Shown: positions 18,220 through 28,305 of the stretch, piece after piece
Numbering within the stretch: the stretch's first letter is position 1
Layout of the letters: each line of letters opens with the position of its first letter
Source: Candidatus Ryanbacteria bacterium RIFCSPLOWO2_12_FULL_44_26
GTDB lineage: Bacteria; Patescibacteriota; Minisyncoccia; Ryanbacterales; HO2-45-13
Assembly: GCA_001821765.1 (NCBI GenBank)
Contig: MHOA01000001.1
Location: 1,580-65,579 of the forward strand
Reading direction: 5' to 3'
DNA length: 64,000 nucleotides
The notes under the pieces: model-generated
What the model was told of the DNA's origin: nothing
The model's database searches: none
The model's input: the letters and a program-made list of their open reading frames with translations, nothing else
Position numbers and translations under genes: made by a program

Positions 18220-19368
18220 ATGTTTCGATTTCGGGTTTTGAAAAAATCAAAACGAAGCAATGCGCGTGTTGGTCTATTGGAAACCAATCATGGCGCCATA
18301 GAGACGCCGTCTTTTGTTCCTGTCGCTACTCATGCGGCGGTAAAGTCGCTTGTAAGTGAACTGGTAGAGGAAACCGGGACGCAAGTTGTCATAGCAAACG
18401 CATTTCATTTACACCTAAAGCCTGGGGAAAAAACAATACGTTCATCCGGCGGGCTTCATGCATTTATGAACTGGTCAAGACCCATCATGACCGATTCAGG
18501 CGGATATCAAGTGTTCAGTCTCGGCTTTGGCAGGGACTTGCGGCTTAAAAAAGTGGCGAGGGGTAAAAATGCTCTGGCCCGTAACGATATTATTGAGCTG
18601 GGTGTCCAACCAAAATCGGTCACCATCACGCAGAAAGGCGTTTATTTCCGCTCTCCAATAAATGGGGATATGCTTTTTCTAGGACCAAGAGAATCCATCA
18701 TGATTCAGGAACGCCTTGGCGCGGATATCATGTTTGCATTTGATGAATGCACACCGCCGAATGCAAGTTATGAATATGTTGCCGTTTCAGTGGAGCGTAC
18801 TCACCGATGGGCCAAGACATCTTTAGAAACAAAAAAGAGCAGTCAAGCCCTCTTTGGCATCATGCATGGATCAACGTTTAGAGATCTTCGTGAAAAGAGC
18901 GCCGATTTTATCAATTCGCTCGGTTTTGATGGATTTGGAATCGGAGGAGATCTTGGAGCAAGCATGCGTTCAACACAGCAAATACTTAAATGGAGTTTCG
19001 ATCGAGTTGATGTCTTAAAACCGCGCCATCTTTTAGGTATCGGACATCTTACTGACATCATCCCAATAGTAAAATACGGCGTTGATTTGTTTGATTGTAC
19101 CGCTCCTACGCATTATGCGCGCCGCGGTATTGCGTTTGTCTCAAATAAAGCTCTTGATTTGAGAAAACGACGATTCCTAAAAGATCAACACTCGTTAAAC
19201 AGGTATTGTAACTGCTTTGTTTGTAAAAGCTATACAAGAAGCTACATCTCGCATCTTATAAGAGCAAATGAGATAACAGGTCTTCAGCTTCTTACGTTTC
19301 ATAATCTTTATTATTTCAATGAGTACGTTAAAAGAATTCGTGAGGATATTCGAAAAGGACGCGTGTAG
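18220..19368 (+). CDS. tgt: Queuine tRNA-ribosyltransferase (tRNA-guanine transglycosylase)
   Basis: GLLETNHGAIETPSFVPV, DSGGYQV, zinc site CNCFVCKSYTRSYISHL. Confidence 0.9.
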   Translation: MFRFRVLKKSKRSNARVGLLETNHGAIETPSFVPVATHAAVKSLVSELVEETGTQVVIANAFHLHLKPGEKTIRSSGGLHAFMNWSRPIMTDSGGYQVFSLGFGRDLRLKKVARGKNALARNDIIELGVQPKSVTITQKGVYFRSPINGDMLFLGPRESIMIQERLGADIMFAFDECTPPNASYEYVAVSVERTHRWAKTSLETKKSSQALFGIMHGSTFRDLREKSADFINSLGFDGFGIGGDLGASMRSTQQILKWSFDRVDVLKPRHLLGIGHLTDIIPIVKYGVDLFDCTAPTHYARRGIAFVSNKALDLRKRRFLKDQHSLNRYCNCFVCKSYTRSYISHLIRANEITGLQLLTFHNLYYFNEYVKRIREDIRKGRV

Positions 19369-19402
19369 TGTATGGTTAACGTCAAAGATATCCAAACGTC
19401 AA

Positions 19403-19430
19403 AAACCGCTGCTTATGTGCAACGGTTTTT
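19403..19430 (+). terminator. Putative rho-independent terminator after tgt
   Basis: AAACCG-15 nt loop-CGGTTT overlapping TTTTT. Confidence 0.4.
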
Positions 19431-20110
19431 GACTCGTTTCAGAGGCCGAGGAAGCAAGTCTTAGCTCTTTTAACACAATGAAAGTCTTGACATGTCCGGA
19501 GACATATCAAAAAGCTTTTTTTATGTTTGTGATAACTATTACTTGACCTAAGTGCTGTCGGCCTCTGAAAGAACTGGAAACACTCATCTATGTCTGAAGT
19601 CTACTTCCATTAAAATACATTGCAAAAAAAAATCAAGAGCTGGTTTTTTTGCATAATTCAGGATTTATCCACTGGAAACAGTGGTTTTTGTACCTCTTGT
19701 TAAAACGTTTTCCAGTGGATTTCCACATTTTGTATTCTTTATATATAACGTTGGAATCTATAAGTTTGATACGTCTTTTCACTGGGCGGGTTTATATATG
19801 GTTCGTTTTTTAAAAATACTGTTTTACTAAGCACATTTGCCAATTATGTGTTATTTGCATTCCGTGTAATGCGCCGTTTTTTTATATTATAAACTTCTTA
19901 TACCTTTACCTTTAAAAGTCAGATTGTCGGGTTTATTTGCTTCGTCATATATTCTGTATTTATAGTCGCATCTTTCCGATTACTGCTTAAGGGTAGCAGT
20001 TTTGTAAAGAAAGCCGTTTTACACTGTATGCTGGTATGTTGTCCGTTTTTAACATATTTGCATGCAATATGTGTTTTGCCTGCATGTATGCTACAGTTGG
20101 CATTGGTATT

Positions 20111-20965
20111 ATGAAGGTGTCAATCGGTATCGTTGGGTTGCCAAATGTAGGAAAATCAACGCTTTTTAAGCTTTTAACGGGGCGCAAGGTTCATATCGCG
20201 AATTATCCCTTTGCGACTGTGGATCCGAATGTCGGCGTCGTGCCTGTCCCCGATGAGCGTCTTAAAAAACTTGTGGATTTACTGAAAGTGGAGAACATAA
20301 CACCTGCGGTGGTGGAGTTTTACGATATTGCAGGGCTTGTAAAAGGCGCGAACAAGGGTGAAGGACTTGGAAATCAGTTTCTCTCTCATATTAGAAATGT
20401 TGCAGTTATTGTTGAGGTTGTCCGGTGTTTTCGCGATGATTCGGTAGCTCATATAGAAAGCGGGATTGATCCGATAAGAGATATGGATATTGTTGATTTG
20501 GAACTTCGGTTAAAAGATGAAGAGTCGGCAGAGAAGGAAAACCTGCTTTCCAAAAAACCAAAGATTATCTTGCTGAATGGCAGCGATCAGGATGTTTTAA
20601 AAGATGTAAAAGAACATATCCGTTCTATAAATACTCCATTTATCGTTGCTGATTTGGCAAAAGTTGACGGAGTGGAGCAGCTTATCAAGGAGGCTTTTCA
20701 AAGACTAAATCTTATAAACTTTTTTACTATAAATCCGACCGAAGTGCGTGCGTGGCCTATAAAGCGAGGAACAAAAGCGCCCCAGGCTGCTGGCGTCATT
20801 CACAGCGATTTCGAGAGGAGTTTCATAAAAGCTGAAGCGATACACTGGAAGGAGTTGATGAATGCCGGAGGATGGTCTCAGGCAAGAAAAACAGGGAAGA
20901 TACGCTTGGAAGGGAAGGAGTACATCGTAGAAGACGGCGATGTGTTATTTATTCGTCATGGATGA
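20111..20965 (+). CDS. ychF: Ribosome-binding ATPase YchF (Obg-family GTPase), short form
   Basis: IGIVGLPNVGKSTLF, ANYPFATVDPNVGVV, C-terminal TGS domain ...EYIVEDGDVLFIRHG; start taken at internal ATG after long upstream ORF extension. Confidence 0.85.
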   Translation: MKVSIGIVGLPNVGKSTLFKLLTGRKVHIANYPFATVDPNVGVVPVPDERLKKLVDLLKVENITPAVVEFYDIAGLVKGANKGEGLGNQFLSHIRNVAVIVEVVRCFRDDSVAHIESGIDPIRDMDIVDLELRLKDEESAEKENLLSKKPKIILLNGSDQDVLKDVKEHIRSINTPFIVADLAKVDGVEQLIKEAFQRLNLINFFTINPTEVRAWPIKRGTKAPQAAGVIHSDFERSFIKAEAIHWKELMNAGGWSQARKTGKIRLEGKEYIVEDGDVLFIRHG

Positions 20966-20977
20966 TAACATGTTTTC

Positions 20978-21283
20978 ATGAAACCGGTTGATGTTCGCAG
21001 TTTTAAGGGGATCTTTTTTCAAATGTTTCATCAGACGCCGCTTTCTCAGATCGGTGTTATGACCATAAAGCCCGGGGAAGATTCCGGGTCAGAGGAAATT
21101 CATAAAGGAGATCAAATTGTTTATATTATTGAAGGAACAGCAAAAGTCGAGATCGGAAAGGAAACATACCATCTCACCGAAGGTGTCATTGCCACAGTTC
21201 CTGCCGGAACCAAGCACCATATTTATAATGGCGGCGACAGCGGTCTTTTTTTTCTGACGATTTATACACCGCCCGCTTATTGA
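20978..21283 (+). CDS. Cupin-domain protein
   Basis: Two-motif cupin signature G(X)5HxH-like ...GTAKVEIG...PAGTKHHIYN. Confidence 0.55.
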   Translation: MKPVDVRSFKGIFFQMFHQTPLSQIGVMTIKPGEDSGSEEIHKGDQIVYIIEGTAKVEIGKETYHLTEGVIATVPAGTKHHIYNGGDSGLFFLTIYTPPAY

Positions 21284-21301
21284 TATTTTTTTTCGGAACC
21301 A

Positions 21302-22033
21302 TTGATGCCGGACTTGGCATTGGAAATTATTGATTTGATAAAAATGTACGGCTCAACTCCTGCCGTTCGCGGTGTTTCCTTTTCTATAAAGCGCGGTGAA
21401 TTCTTCGGCTTTCTAGGTCCTAATGGCGCGGGTAAAACAACAACGATCAATTGTATTACGGGCATTGCTACCCCGTCGGAAGGAACAGTAAGAGTGTTCG
21501 GGATTGACGCTGTAACCAACTATCGAGAAACACGCAGGCTGGTCGGTCTTTCCCCGCAGGAGTTTAATGTGGATATTTTTGCCACAACGCGCGAGATTCT
21601 TCATTATATTGCAGGGTTTTACGGAATCAGAAAGCGAGACAGGGAACCGAAAATTGAAGAGCTTTTAAAACGTTTTGAATTAACAAGCCATGCAGAAAAA
21701 CAGTTTCGCGCGCTTTCCGGAGGATTAAAGCGGCGGGTTATGCTTGCACGGGCAATGGTACATGATCCCGATCTTTTGATACTTGATGAGCCGACTGCCG
21801 GAGTGGATGTTCAATTGCGGCATGATCTGTGGCGTTTTTTAAGAGAGATCAATGCCGAAGGAAAAACGATTTTACTTACTTCACACTATCTCGAAGAGGT
21901 TGAAATGCTTTGCGGCCGCATCGCAATCATTCACGACGGGAAGATTATCGCAATAGGAGACAAATCGGCATTTATATCAGGCGGTAAAAAGCTTGAACAG
22001 CGATTTTTAGAGTTAACAGGAAGTGAACAATGA
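21302..22033 (+). CDS. ABC transporter ATP-binding protein
   Basis: Walker A GPNGAGKTT, signature LSGGLKRR, Walker B LLILDEPTAGVD. Confidence 0.85.
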   Translation: MMPDLALEIIDLIKMYGSTPAVRGVSFSIKRGEFFGFLGPNGAGKTTTINCITGIATPSEGTVRVFGIDAVTNYRETRRLVGLSPQEFNVDIFATTREILHYIAGFYGIRKRDREPKIEELLKRFELTSHAEKQFRALSGGLKRRVMLARAMVHDPDLLILDEPTAGVDVQLRHDLWRFLREINAEGKTILLTSHYLEEVEMLCGRIAIIHDGKIIAIGDKSAFISGGKKLEQRFLELTGSEQ

Positions 22034-22797
22034 ACGTAAACTGGATTGGTCTTGGGACGTTTGTGTTAAAAGAGATAAACAGGATGTTTCGCGTTGTTTT
22101 ACAGACGCTTATCAGTCCCTGGATTAGCGCGGTACTATATATATTGATATTCGGCAAAGTAATCGGCAGCAGAATTGACCTTATAGCGGGAGTGAAATAC
22201 ATAGACTTTGTGCTTCCCGGGATTTTAATGATGAATATTATTTCTTCATCTTTTACACAGGTTTCTTCATCTCTTTATTTTCAGCGTTTTGCGCGCCACA
22301 TAGAAGAAATACTGGTCGCTCCGTTTTCCTATCTTGAGATGATTGTTGCGTATGTGGTTGGAGGAGTTGTAAGGGGGCTGATTGTTGGGCTTGGGGTATA
22401 TATAATCGCTATATTTTTTACCGAAGCCAGCATAGAACATTTTTGGATATTTTTGTTTTATGCTTTTTCGGTTTCAATGGTATTCTCGCTTTTGGGACTG
22501 CTTGTTGGGCTTTGGGCCGATGGATTTGAACAACTCAACGTGCTTAATATATTTGTCATTTTGCCGCTCAGTTTCCTCGGCGGCGTGTTTAATTCCATCT
22601 ATATGCTGCCGGAAGGCGCGCAGACGTTTGCACGGTTAAATCCATTTTTTTATTTTATTGACGGGCTTCGGTACTCTATGGTTGGTATCAGCGAGGCGAA
22701 CACCATCATTGGGCTTTTCATCATATTTATCAGCATTGCGGGACTCGGCGCGCTTGGATGGTATTTGTTTAAGATTGGATATAAAATACGCTCGTGA
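22030..22797 (+). CDS. ABC-2 family transporter permease
   Basis: Six TM segments, overlaps ATPase stop. Confidence 0.7.
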   Translation: MNVNWIGLGTFVLKEINRMFRVVLQTLISPWISAVLYILIFGKVIGSRIDLIAGVKYIDFVLPGILMMNIISSSFTQVSSSLYFQRFARHIEEILVAPFSYLEMIVAYVVGGVVRGLIVGLGVYIIAIFFTEASIEHFWIFLFYAFSVSMVFSLLGLLVGLWADGFEQLNVLNIFVILPLSFLGGVFNSIYMLPEGAQTFARLNPFFYFIDGLRYSMVGISEANTIIGLFIIFISIAGLGALGWYLFKIGYKIRS

Positions 22798-23426
22798 ATA
22801 TCGGCGTTTCCAAGATAGTTTCCATTAGTGTTATAATTGTTCTTGTTGCTGGTGGTTTGTTTTTTGTCAAAAGTGTATTAAAAACGGATACGCCCGCCAG
22901 TGTAGAAGGCGAGTTGACAAAGAAAGAATCTTTAACAAAAAATCAGGCAATGAATCAAAAAATCAAAGATTCCATGCATATTTCAAGCCGTGCATTTGAA
23001 CATAATTCATCAATTCCATCCAAATATACCTGTGATGGGGAGAACATTAATCCGCCGTTCTCTGTTTCTGATGTTCCCGAAGGGACGGTCAGTTTGGTAT
23101 TCATCATGGATGATCCTGATGTGCCGACATATATCAGGAAAGATGGTATGTGGGATCATTGGGTGAAATTTAATATTCCTCCAATCCTAACAGTGATTGA
23201 AGAAGGCAAAGAACCGCCGGGTACTTCCGGAGCAGGCACTTCTGGTAACATAAAATATCACGGCCCGTGCCCTCCTGACAGAGAACACCGGTATTTCTTT
23301 AAAATATATGCGCTCAACGCAGAACTTGATCTTGAAGAAGGAGCGTCAAAAAAGGATGTTGAAACAGCTATGGCTGAGCACATTCTTGATAGCGCGGAAC
23401 TCATAGGACTTTATAGCAGGAAGTAA
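22794..23426 (+). CDS. YbhB/YbcL family phosphatidylethanolamine-binding protein (PEBP) with N-terminal TM/signal
   Basis: ...DPDVP...HWVKFNIP...YHGPCPP..HRYFFKIYAL motifs. Confidence 0.7.
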   Translation: MNIGVSKIVSISVIIVLVAGGLFFVKSVLKTDTPASVEGELTKKESLTKNQAMNQKIKDSMHISSRAFEHNSSIPSKYTCDGENINPPFSVSDVPEGTVSLVFIMDDPDVPTYIRKDGMWDHWVKFNIPPILTVIEEGKEPPGTSGAGTSGNIKYHGPCPPDREHRYFFKIYALNAELDLEEGASKKDVETAMAEHILDSAELIGLYSRK

Positions 23427-23441
23427 CACGCATATTAATGT

Positions 23442-23795
23442 ATGAATGGAAAGAGACAATTTTATATCGCTGCATTTTCTGTTCTGGGTGTTTTAGTCGG
23501 GTTTCTGTTCCACGCGGTTTTGGAGATTTGGTATATCGGGCTTTTACTTTCTAACTTCGGACAGTATGGCCTCGGACTTTCATGGGACCATTGGGAGGTT
23601 GTGCATCACGCCGGACTTGCGATATTGCTTATTGGCGGGGTATTGATTGGTTTTTGGCAGGGGAACGTGTGGTGGCATCGCTTGTATGAAACAGATTATT
23701 TACTTCCTCATCGTTTTTCTTTAAAAAAGAAACTGTTTATAGCAGCGATTGTTTTGATACTTTTTATCCTGGTTTTTTTAAACCGTGTTTCGTAA
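23442..23795 (+). CDS. Small membrane protein, hypothetical
   Basis: Three hydrophobic helices; no domain recognised. Confidence 0.4.
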   Translation: MNGKRQFYIAAFSVLGVLVGFLFHAVLEIWYIGLLLSNFGQYGLGLSWDHWEVVHHAGLAILLIGGVLIGFWQGNVWWHRLYETDYLLPHRFSLKKKLFIAAIVLILFILVFLNRVS

Positions 23796-24099
23796 AATTC
23801 CATATAAGGTGAAGAGTTTTAAAGCTAAGGTTTTAACCGTTGTTACGAAAATTCCAAAAGGGGAGACTGTAACATATAAAGAAGTTGCCTCGCGCGCCGG
23901 AAATAAAAATGCTTATAGGGCCGTTGGAAACATTTTAAGGAGTAACTATCATCCAAACATTCCCTGCCATCGCGTTGTTGGTTCAAATGGCCGCCTTGGC
24001 GGTTATAATCGCGGCGTTAAAAGGAAAATCATACTTCTTCAAAAAGAAGGGTGTTTGCTGAGCTGTTTATATCCGCGAGCTGGCGGAGCAGAAGGCTAG
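23785..24099 (+). CDS. ogt: Methylated-DNA-protein-cysteine methyltransferase, C-terminal domain only
   Basis: Active-site PCHRVV, YKEVA...AYRAVG motif; 104 aa. Confidence 0.75.
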   Translation: MFRKIPYKVKSFKAKVLTVVTKIPKGETVTYKEVASRAGNKNAYRAVGNILRSNYHPNIPCHRVVGSNGRLGGYNRGVKRKIILLQKEGCLLSCLYPRAGGAEG

Positions 24100-24143
24100 A
24101 GATGATCACTTGTCTTGATACACTTCGCGCGAATCCGGCATTG

Positions 24144-24182
24144 GGCAATTCGTTACGATGATGACGAATTGCCAAATTTTTA
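24144..24182 (+). terminator. Rho-independent terminator (10-bp perfect stem GGCAATTCGT/ACGAATTGCC + AAATTTTT)
   Basis: Read from sequence. Confidence 0.7.
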
Positions 24183-24444
24183 ACTACAGGGGAAGGTTCG
24201 GTTTGTTTTTCTGAAACGACGGAGGCTGTTTTCATTATCTGCTCGCTATAGAACCCCGACTCTTATCTATGATGACGAGCAAAAATTCCGTGATGCGTTG
24301 CCGCAAGTCAATAGAAACCCTCCATGACGGTCATTCTTCCCGAAATGCTCATATAGATATTATTATGCTATCAGTTGAATTTCTGCTCTGTTTTTTCGTT
24401 ATGAATTCAAATAATGTCAGCATGTATGGTAACATATAATATAT

Positions 24445-26232
24445 ATGATATCGGGCATTTCTGAACTTGCGGTTGTGATAACGATAGCGGCGTTTTTGGG
24501 TGTTCTTGCAAAACTGTTTCGTCAGCCACTTATCCTTGCATATCTGGCGACGGGCGCGCTGATCGGCGCCGGATCAAAGTTGGAAGTATTGAGCATTCCT
24601 CAACTTGGCGATGGAGAGATGTTTCAGCTTTTTGCTGATTTGGGCATTATGTTTTTGCTCTTTTTGGTTGGCTTGGAGGTGAATTACAAATCGGTGCGGC
24701 TTGTCGGCAAAGCTTCATTAGCGGTAGGGCTTTTGCAGATTCTTTTTACGTTTGTTATTGGGTACGGCATCGCATCGTTTCTAGGTTTTTCGGTGATAGA
24801 AGCTGTGTATATTTCTATAGCGCTTACGTTCTCAAGTACCATTATCGTCGTAAAACTGCTTTCCGAAAAAAAACAAATAAACAGCCTCTATGGGAGAATC
24901 AGCATCGGGCTTCTGCTGGTGCAGGATTTTGTCGCTATTTTTATTTTAATGGCGCTCGCCGGCATGCAGGCAGGAGGAGTATATGTGTTTTCGGGCGTGG
25001 TTTTAAAAATAGTTATCGGTGTTTTGCTTTTTGCAACAATGCTCTGGCTTGGAAGGAGCGTTTTTCCTTATTTATTTGATAAAGTTGCGCGTTCGCAGGA
25101 GCTGCTTTTTCTTATAAGTCTTGCATGGGTGTTTTTGGTTGTCGCAGTTGTGTACCGGTTTGGTTTTTCACTGGAGATAGGAGGGTTTTTGGCGGGCATC
25201 GCGCTTGCAAACGCATCGGAGCATTATCAAATAGCGAGCCGCGTGAGATCACTTCGGGATTTCTTTATTTTGATATTTTTTGCCATTTTAGGATCGTCTC
25301 TTCTTTTTTCAAATCTTTCAGGAGTTGTCCTGGCCGTTGTGGTTTTTTCTCTGTTTGTACTCATCGGCAATCCGCTTGTTGTTTTGGTTGTGATGGGCCT
25401 TATGGGATATAGGAAACATACCAGTTTTCTTACCGGTATTACCATTGCGCAGATTTCTGAATTCAGTCTGGTGCTTGCTGTGCTCGGCATGAAATTGGGG
25501 CACATCAATAACACGATTGTTTCTCTTATTACAGCGGTCGGTATTATTACCATAACCCTTTCTACGTATGCTGTCGTACACGCCAATTACCTTTACCGTG
25601 CCGGCAGAAGACTTCTTTCCGTTTTTGAAAGGCGGATAGCGGTTCGGGAGCTTAGTTTTGCCCGGGATGTCTCCAAACCGATTATCATTGTAGGATTTGG
25701 ACGGACTGGTCAAAGTGTCGCTATGCATCTTAAAAAAGAAGACCTTCTTGTGATTGATTTTGATCCGGAGATTATTCATGCACTCGGGAAAAGCGGGTAT
25801 GTATTTATGTTTGGAGATGCCGTTGATGATGGAATTTTTGAACAAGTTGATCTTTCTAAAACAAGGTTGCTTATTTCCACCAGTCCGACACTTGAAGATA
25901 ACATGTCGCTTCTTGAAATTGTGAAGCGTCATAATATTGAGTTTAGAAGTACAGACGCTCCGTTGTTAAAGGCGATTTTACGCGCCGAAGATGACACTAT
26001 TGCTGATTTGTTATATAAAGCGGGCGCCGATTACGTTCTTTTGCCGCATTTTACATCCGGACATTATTTGGGGTCCATCATTGCCGGTGACATTGAACTG
26101 AAAACCTTGGAAAGCGCAAGGCGACGAGAAATAATGATGCTTCGCAGGAAAGACACGGAATCCGTCTCTTTTGTCTTGGAAGGGCCGCTTCATACGAAAG
26201 GAGAGGTGAAAAATTTACAGAAATTTATGTGA
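24445..26232 (+). CDS. CPA2 cation:proton antiporter with C-terminal TrkA-N (RCK) domain
   Basis: 12-13 TM helices then IIIVGFGRTGQSVA Rossmann motif. Confidence 0.8.
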   Translation: MISGISELAVVITIAAFLGVLAKLFRQPLILAYLATGALIGAGSKLEVLSIPQLGDGEMFQLFADLGIMFLLFLVGLEVNYKSVRLVGKASLAVGLLQILFTFVIGYGIASFLGFSVIEAVYISIALTFSSTIIVVKLLSEKKQINSLYGRISIGLLLVQDFVAIFILMALAGMQAGGVYVFSGVVLKIVIGVLLFATMLWLGRSVFPYLFDKVARSQELLFLISLAWVFLVVAVVYRFGFSLEIGGFLAGIALANASEHYQIASRVRSLRDFFILIFFAILGSSLLFSNLSGVVLAVVVFSLFVLIGNPLVVLVVMGLMGYRKHTSFLTGITIAQISEFSLVLAVLGMKLGHINNTIVSLITAVGIITITLSTYAVVHANYLYRAGRRLLSVFERRIAVRELSFARDVSKPIIIVGFGRTGQSVAMHLKKEDLLVIDFDPEIIHALGKSGYVFMFGDAVDDGIFEQVDLSKTRLLISTSPTLEDNMSLLEIVKRHNIEFRSTDAPLLKAILRAEDDTIADLLYKAGADYVLLPHFTSGHYLGSIIAGDIELKTLESARRREIMMLRRKDTESVSFVLEGPLHTKGEVKNLQKFM

Positions 26233-26415
26233 GTGCCGCAAATGCCTGCAATGCCTCTTTGTGCTTTGGCATACTTGTTTCTTCACATAACCAATCACCA
26301 AGTAATCAATCATCACATGGGTTGAATATTGGTTATTGTAATTTGGAATTTGTTTGGTTGTTGTATCTTGGTTATTGCATCTTTTTGTTTAAGGGTAATG
26401 AGATGATGAGGAATT

Positions 26416-27195
26416 ATGAACACACGTACTCTTTTATCATGGAACGTAAACGGCATTCGGGCCATTGAGCGCAAGGGCTTTTTGGATTGGTTTTTGAACA
26501 GCGGAGGTGATATTGTTGCTCTTCAGGAAACGAAGGTATCTGATTTTTCATCACTGAGCGATACACTTCAGCATCCGGCTGGATTTCATGCGTATTGGAA
26601 TTCTTGCGTTGAAAAGAAAGGGTATAGCGGCGTTGTTGTTTATACCAAGATTGAGCCGCGGAGGGTGAAGACTGATTTCGGAGATAATTTTCTTTCTCAA
26701 GAAGGAAGGATGATTGAGTGTGATTTTGGGACGTTTGTTTTGCTTAATGCTTATTTCCCAAACGGCGGATCGGGAGAGAAACGACTGCAATATAAACTTA
26801 CGTTCTACAATCAGTTTCTTCCGTATGTGAAAGAACTGGCAAAGTCCGGCAGACACGTTATCTTTTGCGGAGATGTAAACACCGCGCATAAGGAAATTGA
26901 CCTCGCGCGCCCAAAAGAAAACAAAAATAATACAGGTTTTTTGCCGATAGAGCGGAAGTGGATAGACGATGTTATAAATGCCGGTTTTATTGATACTTTT
27001 AGAATGTTTAACAGTGAAGGGGGATATTACACGTACTGGGATCTCAAAACGTTCGCTCGTGATAGAAATGTCGGGTGGCGCATTGATTATTTTTTTGCCA
27101 GTGAATCGCTTAAGAGTCGGGTTAAGGATGCGTTTATTGCGGCGGATGTTTTGGGATCGGACCATTGCCCGATCGGCATTATAATCAACGTTTAA
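26416..27195 (+). CDS. xth: Exodeoxyribonuclease III (AP endonuclease, EEP family)
   Basis: LLSWNVNGIR, QETK, FCGDVNTAH, WRIDYFF, SDHCPI. Confidence 0.85.
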   Translation: MNTRTLLSWNVNGIRAIERKGFLDWFLNSGGDIVALQETKVSDFSSLSDTLQHPAGFHAYWNSCVEKKGYSGVVVYTKIEPRRVKTDFGDNFLSQEGRMIECDFGTFVLLNAYFPNGGSGEKRLQYKLTFYNQFLPYVKELAKSGRHVIFCGDVNTAHKEIDLARPKENKNNTGFLPIERKWIDDVINAGFIDTFRMFNSEGGYYTYWDLKTFARDRNVGWRIDYFFASESLKSRVKDAFIAADVLGSDHCPIGIIINV

Positions 27196-27288
27196 TGGTC
27201 TTTCTATGCTTTAGTGCCCTCTGTTCCGATTTTGGACTTTTAACTTCGGAGCTTTGGCTTTTTTGTAGATGTTTGATTTAAGACTATC

Positions 27289-28056
27289 ATGCACACACTG
27301 CGCACGCGTTTTAAAAAAGATATCGTTGCTGAATTCCTTCCCCCTTCGGGAAGCCAGGCTTCCCATTCCTACAAGGAGAGAGTGGTTATTTTTTGCGATG
27401 GTTTGCCAAGTGTTCCTTCAAAAAGATCACTGTTGGAGTTTTTTTCCAAGAAAGGATACTGGGTGTTTCATCCAAGATATCGTGGGACGTGGGAAAGCGG
27501 AGGAAGGTTTTTAAAAAAATCGCCTCATGAAGATATTTTGGACGTTATTTCTGCGTTGTCGGGCGGATTTCGCGATTTTTGGAGCAACAAAAAATATACA
27601 GTGAGGCCTGACCATCTCTATGTGATAGGGTCAAGTTTCGGCGGCACTGCCGCTATTTTAGCTTCCGGGGATCCTCGGGTGACAAAAGCAGTGGCAATTG
27701 CTCCTGTTGTTGACTGGACACGCAAAAGCAGAGCCGAACCGATTGATTGGCTCGCAAAGTTCACTAAAAGAGCATTTGGGCAGGGTTATCGTTTTTCACA
27801 TTCAGATTGGAGGAAACTTGAAGGCGGAAAATTTTATAACCCTTTTGGCATGATAGAACGTATCAACGGAACAAAACTTTTGATCATTCATGCCAATGAC
27901 GATGATGTTGTTTCTTTTAAACCCGTAAAGACGTTTGCGAAACATACGGGCTGTACATTCGTTCCGGTTAAAAAAGGAGGACATCTTTCCTCATCTATTC
28001 TTTTAAAAAAGCGTTTTTACAGGCGTTTCCAAGAATTTATAAAGAAAAAGATGTGA
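27289..28056 (+). CDS. Alpha/beta hydrolase (dienelactone hydrolase/peptidase S9-like)
   Basis: Nucleophile elbow GSSFGG, C-terminal Asp/His region. Confidence 0.65.
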   Translation: MHTLRTRFKKDIVAEFLPPSGSQASHSYKERVVIFCDGLPSVPSKRSLLEFFSKKGYWVFHPRYRGTWESGGRFLKKSPHEDILDVISALSGGFRDFWSNKKYTVRPDHLYVIGSSFGGTAAILASGDPRVTKAVAIAPVVDWTRKSRAEPIDWLAKFTKRAFGQGYRFSHSDWRKLEGGKFYNPFGMIERINGTKLLIIHANDDDVVSFKPVKTFAKHTGCTFVPVKKGGHLSSSILLKKRFYRRFQEFIKKKM

Positions 28057-28277
28057 GAATATTTATTGAGGCAAAGCCAAACGCCAAGCAAAACAAAGTG
28101 GAGAAAATTGATAAAGCGCATTTTAAAGTGTCGGTGACGTCTCCTCCTGTTAACGGAAAAGCAAATGAAGCGATTATTCGCGTGCTTGCTGAATATTTTA
28201 ATGTTTCACCGTCGCATATAAACATTGTCAGCGGACATACGAATCGGAGAAAAGTTGCAGAGATTAAAAATATTTGA
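28053..28277 (+). CDS. DUF167/YggU family protein
   Basis: 74 aa, ...VSVTSPPVNGKANEAIIRVLAEYFNV... typical of UPF0235. Confidence 0.55.
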   Translation: MRIFIEAKPNAKQNKVEKIDKAHFKVSVTSPPVNGKANEAIIRVLAEYFNVSPSHINIVSGHTNRRKVAEIKNI

Positions 28278-28305
28278 AATTGCGTTTTCATACCTGGCTC
28301 GGAAC

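Noticed and set aside
19370-20110. Chromosomal replication origin (oriC)
   Set aside because: Only one 8/9 DnaA box here; perfect boxes are scattered singly (10069, 13285) rather than clustered, and there is no dnaA/dnaN nearby.
25125-25932. Antisense and alternative-frame ORFs (95-204 aa) inside the CPA2 antiporter gene
   Set aside because: They lie entirely within a well-supported membrane transporter gene and show no domain features; typical spurious ORFs.
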